Origin: Azolla caroliniana
Taxonomy: Eukaryota > Plantae > Polypodiophyta
Length of the DNA stretch: 64,000 nt
Reading direction: 5' to 3'
Assembly: GCA_043228905.1 (NCBI GenBank)
Contig: JBHGNT010000005.1
Location: 496,001-560,000, forward strand
Numbering within the stretch: position 1 is the stretch's first letter; the number at the start of each line of letters is the position of its first letter. A model generated the notes under the pieces. The model made no database searches, was not told the DNA's origin, and saw only the letters and a list, made by a program, of their open reading frames with translations. Positions 32,133-45,610 of this stretch are shown piece by piece. The position numbers and the translations under genes were made by a program.

Positions 32133-35100
32133 GGACATCGTTTGAATGTGTACCCTATTGTTTTGGCCAATGTATTGCAAGAGGTCTATCTACTCGGGAG
32201 TTGATGGGAGTTTCAAATTCTTTGCTGTTTTTATTCAAAGGAAAATTCACCATGTGATAGGGTTATGTTGCGATATTTTATATATAGAGAGATTTTTCAT
32301 GGATATTTTGTTTTCAGGTGAATTTCATGAAGCAACAAAACTATTTTTCAAAATTGAACTGAATTTAAAATGTAGACAAAATCTCCTCCAAATACCCTTG
32401 AGTTTCAATTTATTTCCTATATGGTTCTCAGTTTTCAACATTCCTGTAAGTGAAAGCTCGTCTATTCCAATGCCCATTTGATTTATCAGCGTTTCCACAA
32501 TTCGAAATAACAAAATCTAGGGGCATTTGGTAAAGTAAAGAAAACTGAGGATATTTAGGAATCTTACCCTAAACTGATATCCTTGTATTCCAACAATGTT
32601 TTGTAAATCCTCTTTTTCAAATTTTTGACAATGCCTCCAGATTTTGCAACTAACTGCAGGCTTACAGTTACAGAGTTAGGAATCTAACCTCAGCCACCCT
32701 TACAGCATTGCTTGTCGTTTAGCATTACACTCTAATAAGACCTTATGAAACTGTTGCATTACTCTTTCACAAATTAATTTCCGTTAGTTTAAGCACAGCT
32801 TGATATATTTTAAATTAGCAGTCACAAAGACTTAGTAAGCTGATTATCTAGTTGATATTTTTGAGTTGTCTTGGAGATTGGATATTCCTTTTACCATTTT
32901 TTGTGAACAAAGTTGAGTAGAACTTTGATGTACTGTCTTTCAATTATACTTGATGATTTGCATTTTAATGCATTGATTCTAATCGATGCAATTTCACGTC
33001 TGTGAATTAGTGCTGGATAATCTGTGTCATATATTGCCTTGTGTACAAAGGCTGTATTTTAGACAGCCATTAAGTATTAGTTTTTTCAATCATCTACAAC
33101 TATCAAGGGTGCTTCACTTTGTTATTCATATGAACTCCAAGCATTATGAAATAAGTCCTTAGTTATGATTAATGGCATTATCCTTAGTTCCTCTAGATAA
33201 CTGTGGTTGTCTTTGTTGAAAGATATCTTTCTCAGGAAATTGCATGTGTTGCTTGGGCACCATTCAGAATGCAACATATAGTAATTTACCGACAAAATTA
33301 TGATAATATCGCATGCACATAAGCATTCGACACTTCATAATTTTAACATATTCAAGTTTTTATCCGTTCAAGTATCCACACCTTATGTTATGGCATTTGA
33401 ACTTCCTTAAATGCTTCAAGAATACATTTTTCCACCTTAAAAGCATGCATCATTACATTTAATGAACTCAATTCAAACCAAGCAATTCTTAATTCACTAT
33501 GATCATTCATTTCAAATGCTCTATTTAATGCTCAATTTAACTTTAGGATATAGCATTCCAGCATTGCTAGTACACCACAATTCAGCTTTAGGAAATAGAA
33601 CCCCACCATTTCTAGTACACAAAAAAATTCATCCACTATTACAACAATTTTATTGCGAAATCAACAATTATGCGAAGGCTTGAATAATATCATATTGATG
33701 AAAATGAAACCAAACCCAATGGATACACTAAGGCCAACAAATTGTATTAAAACCAATATCTATGCAATGTTACACATATTTGTAACATCTACATAGCTGG
33801 TAAGCCAATCCTAGTGAATTTAGTGTTCATTCTAGTATAACAAATTGCAATATCATAACCTTGGTCATCATCATGGATGAGAAGCAAGCACTATAACAAT
33901 TGTGCCACAAAAAAGAAGGCACTAATGTGGCGAACACCCCCACATAGATAGTGCACCACAACATAACACCTTGAAGGATTTTGGTTGAGGTCTATCTTAT
34001 TATTTGAAGTGACCTCTAAACTATCTTTAATTCAAGGTTCCACTACAATCAACAATGACTTAGATTTTTCCCATACAAATGGGATACCTACATGATATTG
34101 TTCTACTTTCCTTAAGATTTAAAAAAAAAGGGAAAGAACATCTTGTCTTTTAACCTAATGTAATTGTAAATATTAATCATCTCGCTCCTCTATGGCCCAC
34201 AATAATTTAAGTATTTACGTTAATGAACATGATATTTTTGCATGCATGTGACTTCCCTCTCAAGTATGTAACCAAAGCATGTGAGTTTGAATGATTGTTG
34301 ATCCTTAGCGCATGTGGACAATAAATGTATGCAATGTCACTTATATTAATTTCCTTTTTTGGTTTTCAACTCGTGCGTTGTAATATCATAATCACTGTTA
34401 GTTATGTGGGCTAATATCGTATACACATAATGGAAACACATTATGCGTATGCATTATAAGTTAGTAACAATGATAACTATCTATGGGTGTTGATTATGTT
34501 TCTTGATAGCTCATGTGCATAAACTGTGGTGTCAACAAATGTGGCCAACCACTAACTAATGTCCATAGCACCAATATACTCACAAAGACGAACTAGATAA
34601 TTACATTTGTAAAAAATGTATATATGCATAGGTGGTAATTTACATGAATAATCAACTTTTAATCAAGGGAATATAATCATGTACATGCCAATGTGTTCAT
34701 TGTATGGTAACATAATGGAAATTGATGTAAGGAAAAGGTAGTATTAAAATAAAATTGCAATTAAGAGAGTAACCCACTTCTAGAATCCAATGGGTAGTTG
34801 TGAAAACTCTATAACGGATGGGGTTTGCTATCATTGATTTCACAAGGCTATATAAGAGAACCACGCCACATTGTAATTGCATGGATTAATAGAGATTTTC
34901 AATTTGGAGAATACAATTGCTTGGAATTGGAAATGCTTATCATCATTAAGGTTAATTATGTCACCAATTATCTTCTAGTTATAATTAGTGTATGTGTGTA
35001 TGCCAATCTCATATATTTTCCAAGTCACATTAGTAATTGTAGTTATTATTCCGTCATACATCACAGTCTCATAAAAAAAGCTTCCAAAAGACTTTATAAC

Positions 35101-35799
35101 CCTCCTCAACAAAAGCCTCATATTCATGAGATGGTAATGAAATTTATCCCCAATTTTAATTGGTGAGTCATGTTCTAGTAAAGTTAAGCCTAAATACTTG
35201 GAGTTTTATAAATTTATTTTCTACAACGGAGTTGTTGGAAAAGACAATACTTGTAGCACAGCAGTGCTAATTCAAAACCTCATTTGATGTCCTATTTTCA
35301 TTGGGTTGTCTTTCTAGAGCCAATTATATTACATAATGTTTGTTGCATATTATATATGGGACTCTAACCACAAGGATTTAATGACAATCTAATTTGTAGT
35401 AATATAATGTACTATATGTATTCGTAACCTATTGTTTCTATATCAAATTTAATTTTACGGTTGTAGAATTTAATGTGTGTACAATGAACTCACATCATTG
35501 TTAAACAATCTTATCCATAAACTTCCATATTCAGTATGCATGCATTGATACAAAAAAGAGTATGGCTAGAGTTATTTACACTTTTTTTTTAACAAAAAAA
35601 TATTCTTCATTAGTAGAAATTCTACATACATGACAAAATGATTAGTCTAACAACCTTATAAAGGTTGTATCCGTGATAGGGCAATAAAAAACTCAAAGAC
35701 TCGGAGTATAAAACTACACAGAACGGTGACCACATACAAGAATCTTCTTTCCATCTCATGTGATCATTGGCTTAAACACTGAACTGTAGTTTCTCATTG

Positions 35800-36150
35800 T
35801 TCATTCATGTCGTTATCCATATGTGGATAGATACTACGTCATTATTCTTCCGTTCTCACATGCTCATCAACATATGTAATAAATGCTCATCACCATGGCT
35901 TTACAATATATTTGACCTTTATCTACCATGGTTGTATGACTACAAGCATTTCCAACCGGCTTTGGTAAAATTCCATTTCCTCTCATCTGGTCAAATACAA
36001 AAAAAACATATTCAATTTCTCCAACTTGACCATATCCTGTAATCAGAACATTGCAGGAGACTATATTTCGAGTTGGAATAAAGTTAGTCACACATTACGT
36101 TTGCATGCCTCTGGATAAGGATTCCCTTTTTATCTTTCGTACCATATATA
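35800..36150 (-). pseudogene. PPR gene remnant
   Basis: Translates to RNIVSCNVLITGYGQVGEIEYVFFVFDQMRGNGILP..NACSHTTMVDKGQIY, i.e. degenerate PLS motifs with deletions and frameshifts. Confidence 0.7.
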
Positions 36151-38678
36151 TATACACACATTTTGGATGGAGGTGTGTAGTTGGTAAATAAAGTATGGAC
36201 GATATTGATATGTACTTTACTATTTATAATCTCAATAGAGATAACCATGTGATAGTAAGCACTATATAATGTTTTAAGGTTCATCGATGCATAGCAAATT
36301 GACACCACTAGTTAGCATTAATTTGGACAATATGTCACAGCTCAGCAATATGTTTTTTATATTCTGGACAAGGACACACATATACATGGCTACTTTCTAT
36401 GGTGTTTTACAATTTACATATAATTTGGCCAAACATTTCATTAACACATTAAACTTTCATGTTGATAGTTCTCAAAACAAATATAGAACCTTAATTTGAT
36501 GAGCATAAAAAAAATCAACTTTTTTGTTAATATGTATATTCAAGCATTGAATTGGGGTCCAATGAATTTAAATTTTGGCATTTTATTGGTGTAAGATCTC
36601 TTGGCGGCACAATTTGATGCAAAACATCCACTCAACGTCGAACTTGTCTTCATAAATCAATTTATTGGGTTTTATGGCATTTGTGTTTACAATCGAGGCA
36701 TGAGGTTTGGTGGGGTCAGGTTAAAGCTTGAAGCATTTTTTTGCGTGCGTTTACAATAGGAGGGACCTACTAAATAAACTCATCAAACCACACCATTGCA
36801 CACAATGAAGTAAATTTGTACCAATATCCCATACACAAATGAATTCACTATTATGTTAACGTCAATAAGCCACTTAAGAAGAAGGAAAATTATCATGTGG
36901 TAAAGCTTATGGATTCAATATGTGGTTGACCATTGAATATAGCATTTCTAGAAAAGGTTATGGATTCAACATGTATGGATTATCACATTTTTTGTACAAT
37001 ATCATGGTTCATAGTATCGCTACTGCTTAAGCACTTTATTGTAGCATTGTTAAACAAGAAAATGATATGATTGTCAAATCATGTACACCCATTATCATTA
37101 AATTCAGATGCATCATTTTTAACCATATGATTGTCACATCATGTATACCCATTATCACTACAACTTTGATACGTTGTCTTGTTCTCGAGCACATTGTTTG
37201 ATATTGCCAATTGTAACAATACTATCAAATCAATCATGTTAGCAATATCTAGCAATAGATTCTAATGTGGAGATCATATTCGTACTTGGAAAGTAATGAG
37301 AGAAGAACAAGCACGTATGGGGACAATGGACCTTGTGATTAGGTAAAGTAGTTATTGGCATCGGCTCATGTTTGAACCTCACAAGAATGCATGTTTACCC
37401 ACACTTACTCTAAGTGATAATGGAAATTTTACTCACGCTTTTAATACCTAGGATATTCTTCAACACTCTCTTCAAAATCATCAAAGTCTCAAGAGCTAAT
37501 ATCCATTTTCTCCCACACAACCAAGTATCAAAATCCATATAAAAAAGGTACATGGCATTACCTTGTAGAGACAAGGATTGAGAATTTAAATCATGAAAAT
37601 CTATTGAGATATGCTTAAGAACCAAGCACATACAAATCCAAAAAAAACATTGAGGTCCATGATTGTGGACAAGGTTGGGTCATGGAAGAACAAAATGTAC
37701 CCTTACACATGAACACCTTGATCACATCCATTCAAGAACCTATTGTGACATCATGAAACAAGTGTTCATTCATCCCATTTCATCTCATTTCCTCGTATCT
37801 TACATCCATCTAAAGTCATGGACTTCAACCCATGGGGAGACATTGGTCTCATGGAAGTGTCAAAAGAACATGGATTTGGAACCCAACACTTAGTTTCAAA
37901 TGCATTTCCAGATGATGAGGAGAAATTTCATTTTCACTATGATTGGAGGGAACCTAAAAGCCAAGGCATTTCATTTCAACTAGCTTACTACTACACCAAT
38001 GCATAGTTTACTTAGGATTCTTTAGAAGCATTACATAAACTAATAGCATACATCTTCTAATATATTTTCAAAAGAGCACCATATCAAGTGCATATGGCTA
38101 AAGCAAACTGGGTGTGCATTCCCGGTGGTTACCTCTTAAATCAACGAGAGAGAGTGGTGCAAGGATTGTGCACATGTTTAAGGACTAGGTCACCACTCAC
38201 CTCTTATGGCCCCAATCTTATTAGTTCCTTTTTATGAGGTCAATGTGGCCATGTTACCAAGGGCTAGGCATATCTCAAATAAGAGAGTGACATACATAAA
38301 AGCAACAAACAAAGGAGTCTCGATTCAAATATTATAAATGCCACTATCTCATGGTGCAATTTGGTGTCGGTGTTCGAGTCATTGGCTCAAATATCATAAA
38401 TCAACCCTTGTGTTTGGGGTGATTGTATGGTCGGAATTTTCGATAATAATCAAATTACCCTCGGCCAAAAAAGTTAGTAGAAAAAGAGGAAGATCATCTG
38501 CATTTTTCATAATACCGAATCTACCCCTAGTCAAATCAAAGAACAAAAAGAGCGAGGCATGAGTCACTCACGGATCAGGGGTTAAAAGTGTGTAGATTTT
38601 ATTGAAGGAATTTTGTATATATAAATAATCAAAATCATATGGTAAGGTTTGATCATCAAGAAGTAATTATTATAATTG

Positions 38679-41600
38679 TCATGACCATTGGAAGAGGTTA
38701 AAAGGGTCTACAATATGAGAAGCATTTGCTTCTAAGCTAATCCAATCATTGAGCTCACCGTAGACATCATTATAATCCTCCTCGTCATCATCATCCGATG
38801 ATGATTTCCTGAGCAAAATCTCCGTAAAGCTCCTTGAATTCCCGGAATTATGGGCCTTTGTGGTAGTAGGCATTAGATTAGATCGAATCAATTCATTAAT
38901 TTTGTTTGTCCCATCATTAATGTTGGTGTTTTTGGCTAAAGATAGATGGAGTTTCCGATTCCCTTCACTAATTCGATCACAATGAGCATCTCCTCCGCCA
39001 CTGAGGCCATGATCAACGCCGATTGACTTATCCTTATCTTCTAAATGCATAATACCATCATCGTCCACGCCCGCTTCATCATCGTCATTAATGTTGGTAT
39101 TATTTCCTAATGATGAATTGGGCTCACAACTCCCTTCACTGATTTGATCGTAAGTACCCTCTTCTCCACTAATCATTGCATCCTTCTTGGTACCATCAAT
39201 AATAGTGGATTTGTTTCCATTATTATCAATAATGTGTTCATCGTTTGAATCGATGAGTTTTCCATGTGGTTTTGTCGATGCTTGATCACTAATTGATTTC
39301 ATAATGTGGTTATGTTCGTATGTGTATTTGATAATGATCATGAGAGGATCCGTTGGATTGCGCTCAACTTGCTTTCTCGCGGTGCATCCTTTCACACTAC
39401 TACACCTGTAATAGCTTCTGCATGGACATCGCTATCGATTAATTAGTTTTCGATCCTTTAATAAACCGATTAACACCAATCACTTTAGCTAGATTAGTTA
39501 GTTACCTTCATTTGTTACTTAATCTATAATTATAATGTTGCATATCTCAACTAACTATTTTGAATTGACACTTCTAGCATGATCATCATGTAAATAAATA
39601 CAACATTATGGAGTTACAAAGATGTCACCACATACAACCAAAATCATAAAGGATGGGGAACAGGGGAGGGGGGTAACTAAGGCAAAGATAAAGTTAGTAG
39701 CAAAGGGCCAAGGGCTAAATATCCCTTATCTACGGATACTTCTCCACAATTGATGTGGAGGGCCTAGGGTCCAAACAAGTTAAATATTATATTGGTTTTT
39801 TTGGGGGAGAAGGTTTGTAATCTTGAGGGAGCACCTTCATTCCTAATACTCGTGAATTATGTTATATCGGTTCATTAAGCATGGGGCAATTTGTGACATT
39901 TTTTTGTATTCCCGAAGAATCTCAATGTTATTGAAGCACGTCGTCTAAACAAACCATTTCATATTATTGGCCTTGTGTGCTGAGTGGGCCTTAAGTGACC
40001 CAACCCCAAGGTTGTATCTTTACTAAGGGTTTCTAGATCATCATCCAAAGATAATTCCATCATTTCCCGCCCTTGGTTTGTGGGGAGTCTAAGTTGTTAA
40101 CGATCCTTTTCACATGATCTAAAAGGTTCTAAAAGTAAGACGAGTATTATATTAAAGGAAAAGTCAAATTGTAAAGCCAAATTTTCGTGTGCATGATCTC
40201 AATCCAAAAGTGCGAAGACTTTTTGTAATGGAAGCCATTCAACAGACCCGTTGATGCAAACTTAAAAGCCCCATTTGACCTTCGGTTAGCAAAGCATGAG
40301 CTTTCCCACCACACCCTCACAAATTTATAATACATTTAAATTTAAGAACTTTGAAAAGGTAAGCTCATGAATCTAAAAGCCACATTCGGTAGATCGGAAT
40401 GGTGGGGACCTTCTAAAGCCCCTCAAAATATATAAAGATTGGAATAGTCCCCACCAACGTCCCTAGAAAGATATAAAGATCGGAATAAATAACATAGTAG
40501 CGTGTGAAAATAATATTCTCAATATATATATTTCTTTTAATCCAATCTTTTAGGCTTTTTTAATCCAATGATGAAATCAATCGGGATTTGTGTATGCATT
40601 ATAGATTTTAAGACACGGATTTAGGAAATGGATCGACATTTTCAAATCTGGTTGCATCAATTACCATGTATTCAAATCTAAATGCAACCTCAATAAAGTT
40701 TACAAGTGATAGATACGGAATCAAAACACTTCAATGCAAATTAGTCACATCCAAGTCTTACTATATGGCATGGACATGAGGAAGGTGCATATATCCCTTA
40801 TATGGACTGACATTGCCTACATTTCCACCTTGAACCAATGCAACCACATCACATTACAATGATACTCCTTGAACATGGGTTCAATTTGGTGAACTAGTAG
40901 AGGGGCTAATGGAAGTCCGCAAATACAATACATGGCCATAGTGAAGGACATGGAGGCACCTCACCAATGGGATCATAGCAACAAAACACAAAAAGATGAA
41001 CAAAACCAAAACACAAGATTCTCTCTTCTTGGTAGGCAAAAACATGCACAAATTGTATAAGAGCTAAAATGTAGACACATAAACTGTGTTGTTTAGTCAT
41101 GATGCACTTGTGACAATGGTTGAACCACCCTCTTTAGATGTATAGTAACCTAATGGAATTTGGAAACCAATAATATCATATTAGAACCTATGGGATTAGT
41201 GAACTATGAATGTCATGCATATGCTCTTTATTTACACACTATAATGACCTTAAGATAATTGCAATATGAACCACATGTGGTTGGATTTTGTCTACGTCGT
41301 CGAAAGACAATCTTTTGTAGCACTTTTCATGAGGAAGATAATACATCTTCATCGTCAACATCTCTATCGACATCTCTCTGTCTCTGTCTCTCTGTCACAA
41401 TGCAATGATCATTAATAAAATTCTTGGGCATTGAGAGTCACTTATCAGCTCGAGACACACTTCTTGAAAATGTTTCACTTTTGTTTATAGGCCACATTTA
41501 ACCTCAATCACGATTGTAAAATCTTTATATCTCCCTCTTTATCTATTTACTTCTATTGTCATGGGATTACTCTCGAGTCAGGGCACCATATATTAGTTCA

Positions 41601-44600
41601 CTTAAACTAAATGTCGCATCAATGTATCAAACAAATAACATCATATTATCTCAATTATTGTTCTTTTGGCTTCTCTAGCTTCTGTCTCTTTCCCAAAACA
41701 CCCCCCTACTCAAATATTTATGTCATAGTTTTTTTAAAGAGAGTGAATGAGGTGCATACAATCTACTTGGCTTCAAAACTTGCACTAGTGGTTTGTTGTG
41801 ACTCAAATTAAGATATTGTCAACTGTGTCAAGGTTTTTATGTCATTGAAATGCATTGATGACCCTCTAATGTTTGGCAAACTCAATATAAGTCCGTGAGT
41901 TTGGACGACCAAAACCTCTCATGGGCATGCAACCTTTTGGCTTTGAGAAGGGATTTCACTCACTAACACTAGTAATTTGTTACATCTCCTTATAGCATTC
42001 TCTATATTTCAATTACTTCCATAATTCTATAAAAAGAAAAATATAGTTGGCATTTTCTAAGAAGGGGAAGGCTAAATCAATGAAGGAGGAAAAGGAAAGA
42101 GTTTGCAATATTTATTTATTTATTTATTTATTTATTTTGGGGGGGGGGGTATGGCATTGAGGAGGTAGTAATTGGTTCATAGCATCTTAAAGCATTCAAA
42201 CAGTATAATAAGCTTTTACTATGGCCAAGTGAACTTTGTCAAACAAGATCGGCCTATGCCTATGATGTTAATTGATATGTAGAGTGTTTTCCATGGCAAG
42301 GCATCCCTATGGGCCAATAATACTGCGAATGTCGATACATCAAACATCCCCTCCTTCTTAATGATGATGATGATTATGGGATAGGGATCATGGAAAATTG
42401 GATACAAGAGAGAGGTCCAGTTTCGGATGGAAAATCGAACGAGAGGGGTTCTTCCATACAAATAGATGAGGCGAGGGCCTTGAGAAGTTGTGTGAGGTAC
42501 TACTAGTAGGGGTGTCCAGACACCTCGGGGCGAAGGTTCAGGACGGGAGGCATACATAGGATTGGGACAATGTAGATTTATTCATAGTCATGTATATATG
42601 TATATTATGCATATGTGGTACATACATGCATAGAAGCACATACAAACATATACATAGAAGCACATACATACACATACATAACAAATACATACCAATACAT
42701 ACATACACATATGTAACATTATAACAATACTTACAATTAACTATATACTCTATAATTTGTGTATTGGAATGTAAAGTGTAAAATTGGGATGGGCCACTAG
42801 GTAGGTACCTGGGATAAGGGGAGCCTTTGATGGGCTTCTGCCCATACTTGCGCCATGTGTAGGAGTCGTGGGGAACACACTCCCCCGTCGGCTTCTCCGG
42901 CCCTCCGGTCGCCGCCACACACAACACCCTCCTCTCCTGCCACTTCCTGTGTTGTATGTATGCGCACACACATTATTTTTATTTTTTACTTTCGATGAAT
43001 CGGTAAATACCCCCCATTATTTTGTTGTAAACCAATTGTCTCATGGGCCAATTATTTACCCCATTATTTTGTTTTGTTGTAAACCAATTGTCTCATGGGC
43101 CAATTTTAATTTGGGTCTTAGAAAGACCTTATTATATCTTTCTTTCTTTCTCTCTATAGTCTCTCAATCTTCTTTTCTTCTAGGATCATCAAAATGTACT
43201 AGACTCCCAGTTTCTTCTTCTTCTTCTTATTATTGTTATATTGTTACCAAATTAAGCTCTTAAGTCTTATTCCCACGGTCCACCCAATTTCTTTATGCCT
43301 GCCAGATTGTGATCCTCATTTCTCATCAATCCACTTTTTCTGCTTCTTAATGTCGTCATTTATTTATTTAATCACTGTCACCCGGTATCTTATCATTTGA
43401 AGCATACATATAGTCAGCAACTCCTTGAACACTGATTCAGACAGATTTAGTGCATTGAACAGACGGATTAATTTAGGAGGAGAAATCTGTCGATTTGCTT
43501 TAAATTAGGGGCAGATCGGTCTTACTTCCTTTTTTTTCCTACTGTTACAATTAAATGGAACCAACAAGGCAATGCTGAGTTCCTGATTACAGAGTGATCG
43601 GTGAAATTGAACCGACCGATTAAGGAGATTGATTGATTAATTAATTAATGATTAGTGAGTTGAGAGCGTGATTAGTAAGATGAATTTAGAGATGCGGCCA
43701 AAAAACAACTGAGAAACCGTAACTGCCAGAGCGCTTTCCGATCAAATAAACGAAGTTCAATTTTACTTAATTCTTAGACTTACCTTTTCTTGGCTTTTGC
43801 TTTGTTTTGATTTGTGAAATTGGGACATTTTCGCTGGACCTGATGATTGTCGTTGACGCTACTGCTTAGGTGATTAGCAGGGCCACCTGATAAGTCATTC
43901 GGAGAACATGACTGTAGCTGATTAGTGGAGAGTCCTGATAGGCAGTGATTCGTAGCTGATCCCGATAAGTGATTGACAGAGGATCCTGATAAGTAGTTGA
44001 AACTAGCAGATCCAGCTAAACTGTGATTAGCAGGGTGTGGCAAGTAATTAGAAGAATCCGCTAAGTGATTAGACGACCCTAATAAACGATTCGTACATCC
44101 TGATAAGAGATTCGTCGATTCTGATAAGTGATTCACGGAATCTGATATGTGATTAGCAGACCCTGGCACATAATTACAAGACCCTGATGAGTTATACGCA
44201 GGCCGTGATAAGTGATACGCAGAAATCGATCCTGATAAGCTGCTGCTGTTTATGATAGCCTCCGATTTGACATTTAGCCTTGGTTTAATGTTCTCACTCA
44301 GTCTCGGTTCCTCTGCGTCTACCAGATTGTGAAGGCAATTAGCCTCACTAATCTCTGCTTTAATCTGTCGATCCATCGTCATTAATCTCTGGTTAATCAC
44401 CTCGCTGCCGCAGACAGAGCCCTTAATGTCGTTGTAAGGGTTATTAGAGGGATTGTGATAAGGGTTAATTAAGGGGTTGGGATGGCCTAATGTTGTGGGC
44501 TGACTAATCCCGTGCTCATGGTTGTGGTTAAGGGGAACAATCATCGGATTGGGGATGTCATTAGGGATATAACTATCTGCTAATCCAGGTGGATTAAGCA

Positions 44601-44820
44601 GGTAAGGAGGCTCTGGGTTAGGTCGATGGGATGGATAATCAGCATAAGTAGGTGCTGCTGAGTAAGGATTGAGGTGAGATACATGATTATTGTCGAATGA
44701 GTGAGGGGAGATCAAATTGGAAAGGTTATAATTATGATTATTAGGGGTGGGATTGATTGTGTTGGCATTTTGGGGGTGATAATGATGGTTGTGATGATGA
44801 GGATGATCAGTGATATCCAT
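38679..44820 (-). CDS. WRKY: Group II (IIe/IId-like) WRKY transcription factor, 3 exons
   Basis: Exons 44820-43784, 42946-42809, 39417-38679 (GT-AG, phase 2). WRKY domain [20 protein letters not shown]|[37 protein letters not shown] (C-X5-C-X23-H-X-H), with the conserved R-type intron after PR. Acidic C-terminus. The start codon (44820) is the first in-frame ATG. Confidence 0.93.
43011..43104. repeat. ~47-bp tandem duplication in WRKY intron 1
   Basis: CCCCATTATTTTGTT...GTAAACCAATTGTCTCATGGGCCAATT occurs twice in succession. Confidence 0.85.
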
Positions 44821-44978
44821 TGGGGGGAATGGGATGTATGTTATGTAAATGAATGGAGATTGATGGATTAGCAACTCAGGAATCGGATGGGGATTAGGGA
44901 TTAGATTAGCGATGGGATAAGGGAGTCATTAGCGAGGAGATTAGCAAGCCAATGAGGTGATTAGCGATGGAATCAGTT

Positions 44979-45610
44979 GGGGGGGGGGGGGGGGGCGGCG
45001 GGCTCATCAGGAACCGAATTAGTGAATGATAATGAGTAGTAATTAAGATGCAGATGCAGATCAGAATGTATGTTTTGCTTTGATTATTGTGTATATAGCT
45101 GAGAGGGAGTAGCATAATCAAAATATTGTATATTGAGGAATTGGAGCCTATATATATATATATATACACATATATAACAATTATTATTACTATTATTATT
45201 ATTATTTATTATTATTATTATTATTATTGGGAGATGTACAAGGGAAAGTACACCAAAAAATAATTGGAGGGAAACATATGTAATGTAATGCAATGACTCA
45301 TGAGAGCTAATAAATCAATTTTATAATTAATAATAGTTGGGCCATGGCCAAGATTGGAGCCATTATATATATATTATATATATATATATATTTGTATATA
45401 TACCCCATCCATGTATGGCCTCCTCCTCCTCCATTACTTGACCCGCATTTCATCTCAATTACTTTTGGACACCCTCCCCACATGCCCATTGGCCATTCCT
45501 TAGAAAATAAAAAAAAACAAAAGAGAAAGTCACTTGCTTATGTATCATGTATCATGTATCATGTATATGTGTATATGTATACATATGTATGTGTATGTGT
45601 ATGTGTACAT
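44979..45610. repeat. Microsatellite-rich WRKY upstream region: poly-G, (TA)n, (TTA)n, (TATG/TGTA)n
   Basis: Tracts are directly visible at ~44979-44995, ~45149-45165, ~45180-45228, ~45364-45402 and ~45540-45608. Confidence 0.85.

Noticed and set aside
32146-38560. Many 60-110 aa ORFs between the RWD and WRKY genes
   Set aside because: AT-rich, with no recognisable domains or splice-consistent models, apart from the PPR remnant reported.
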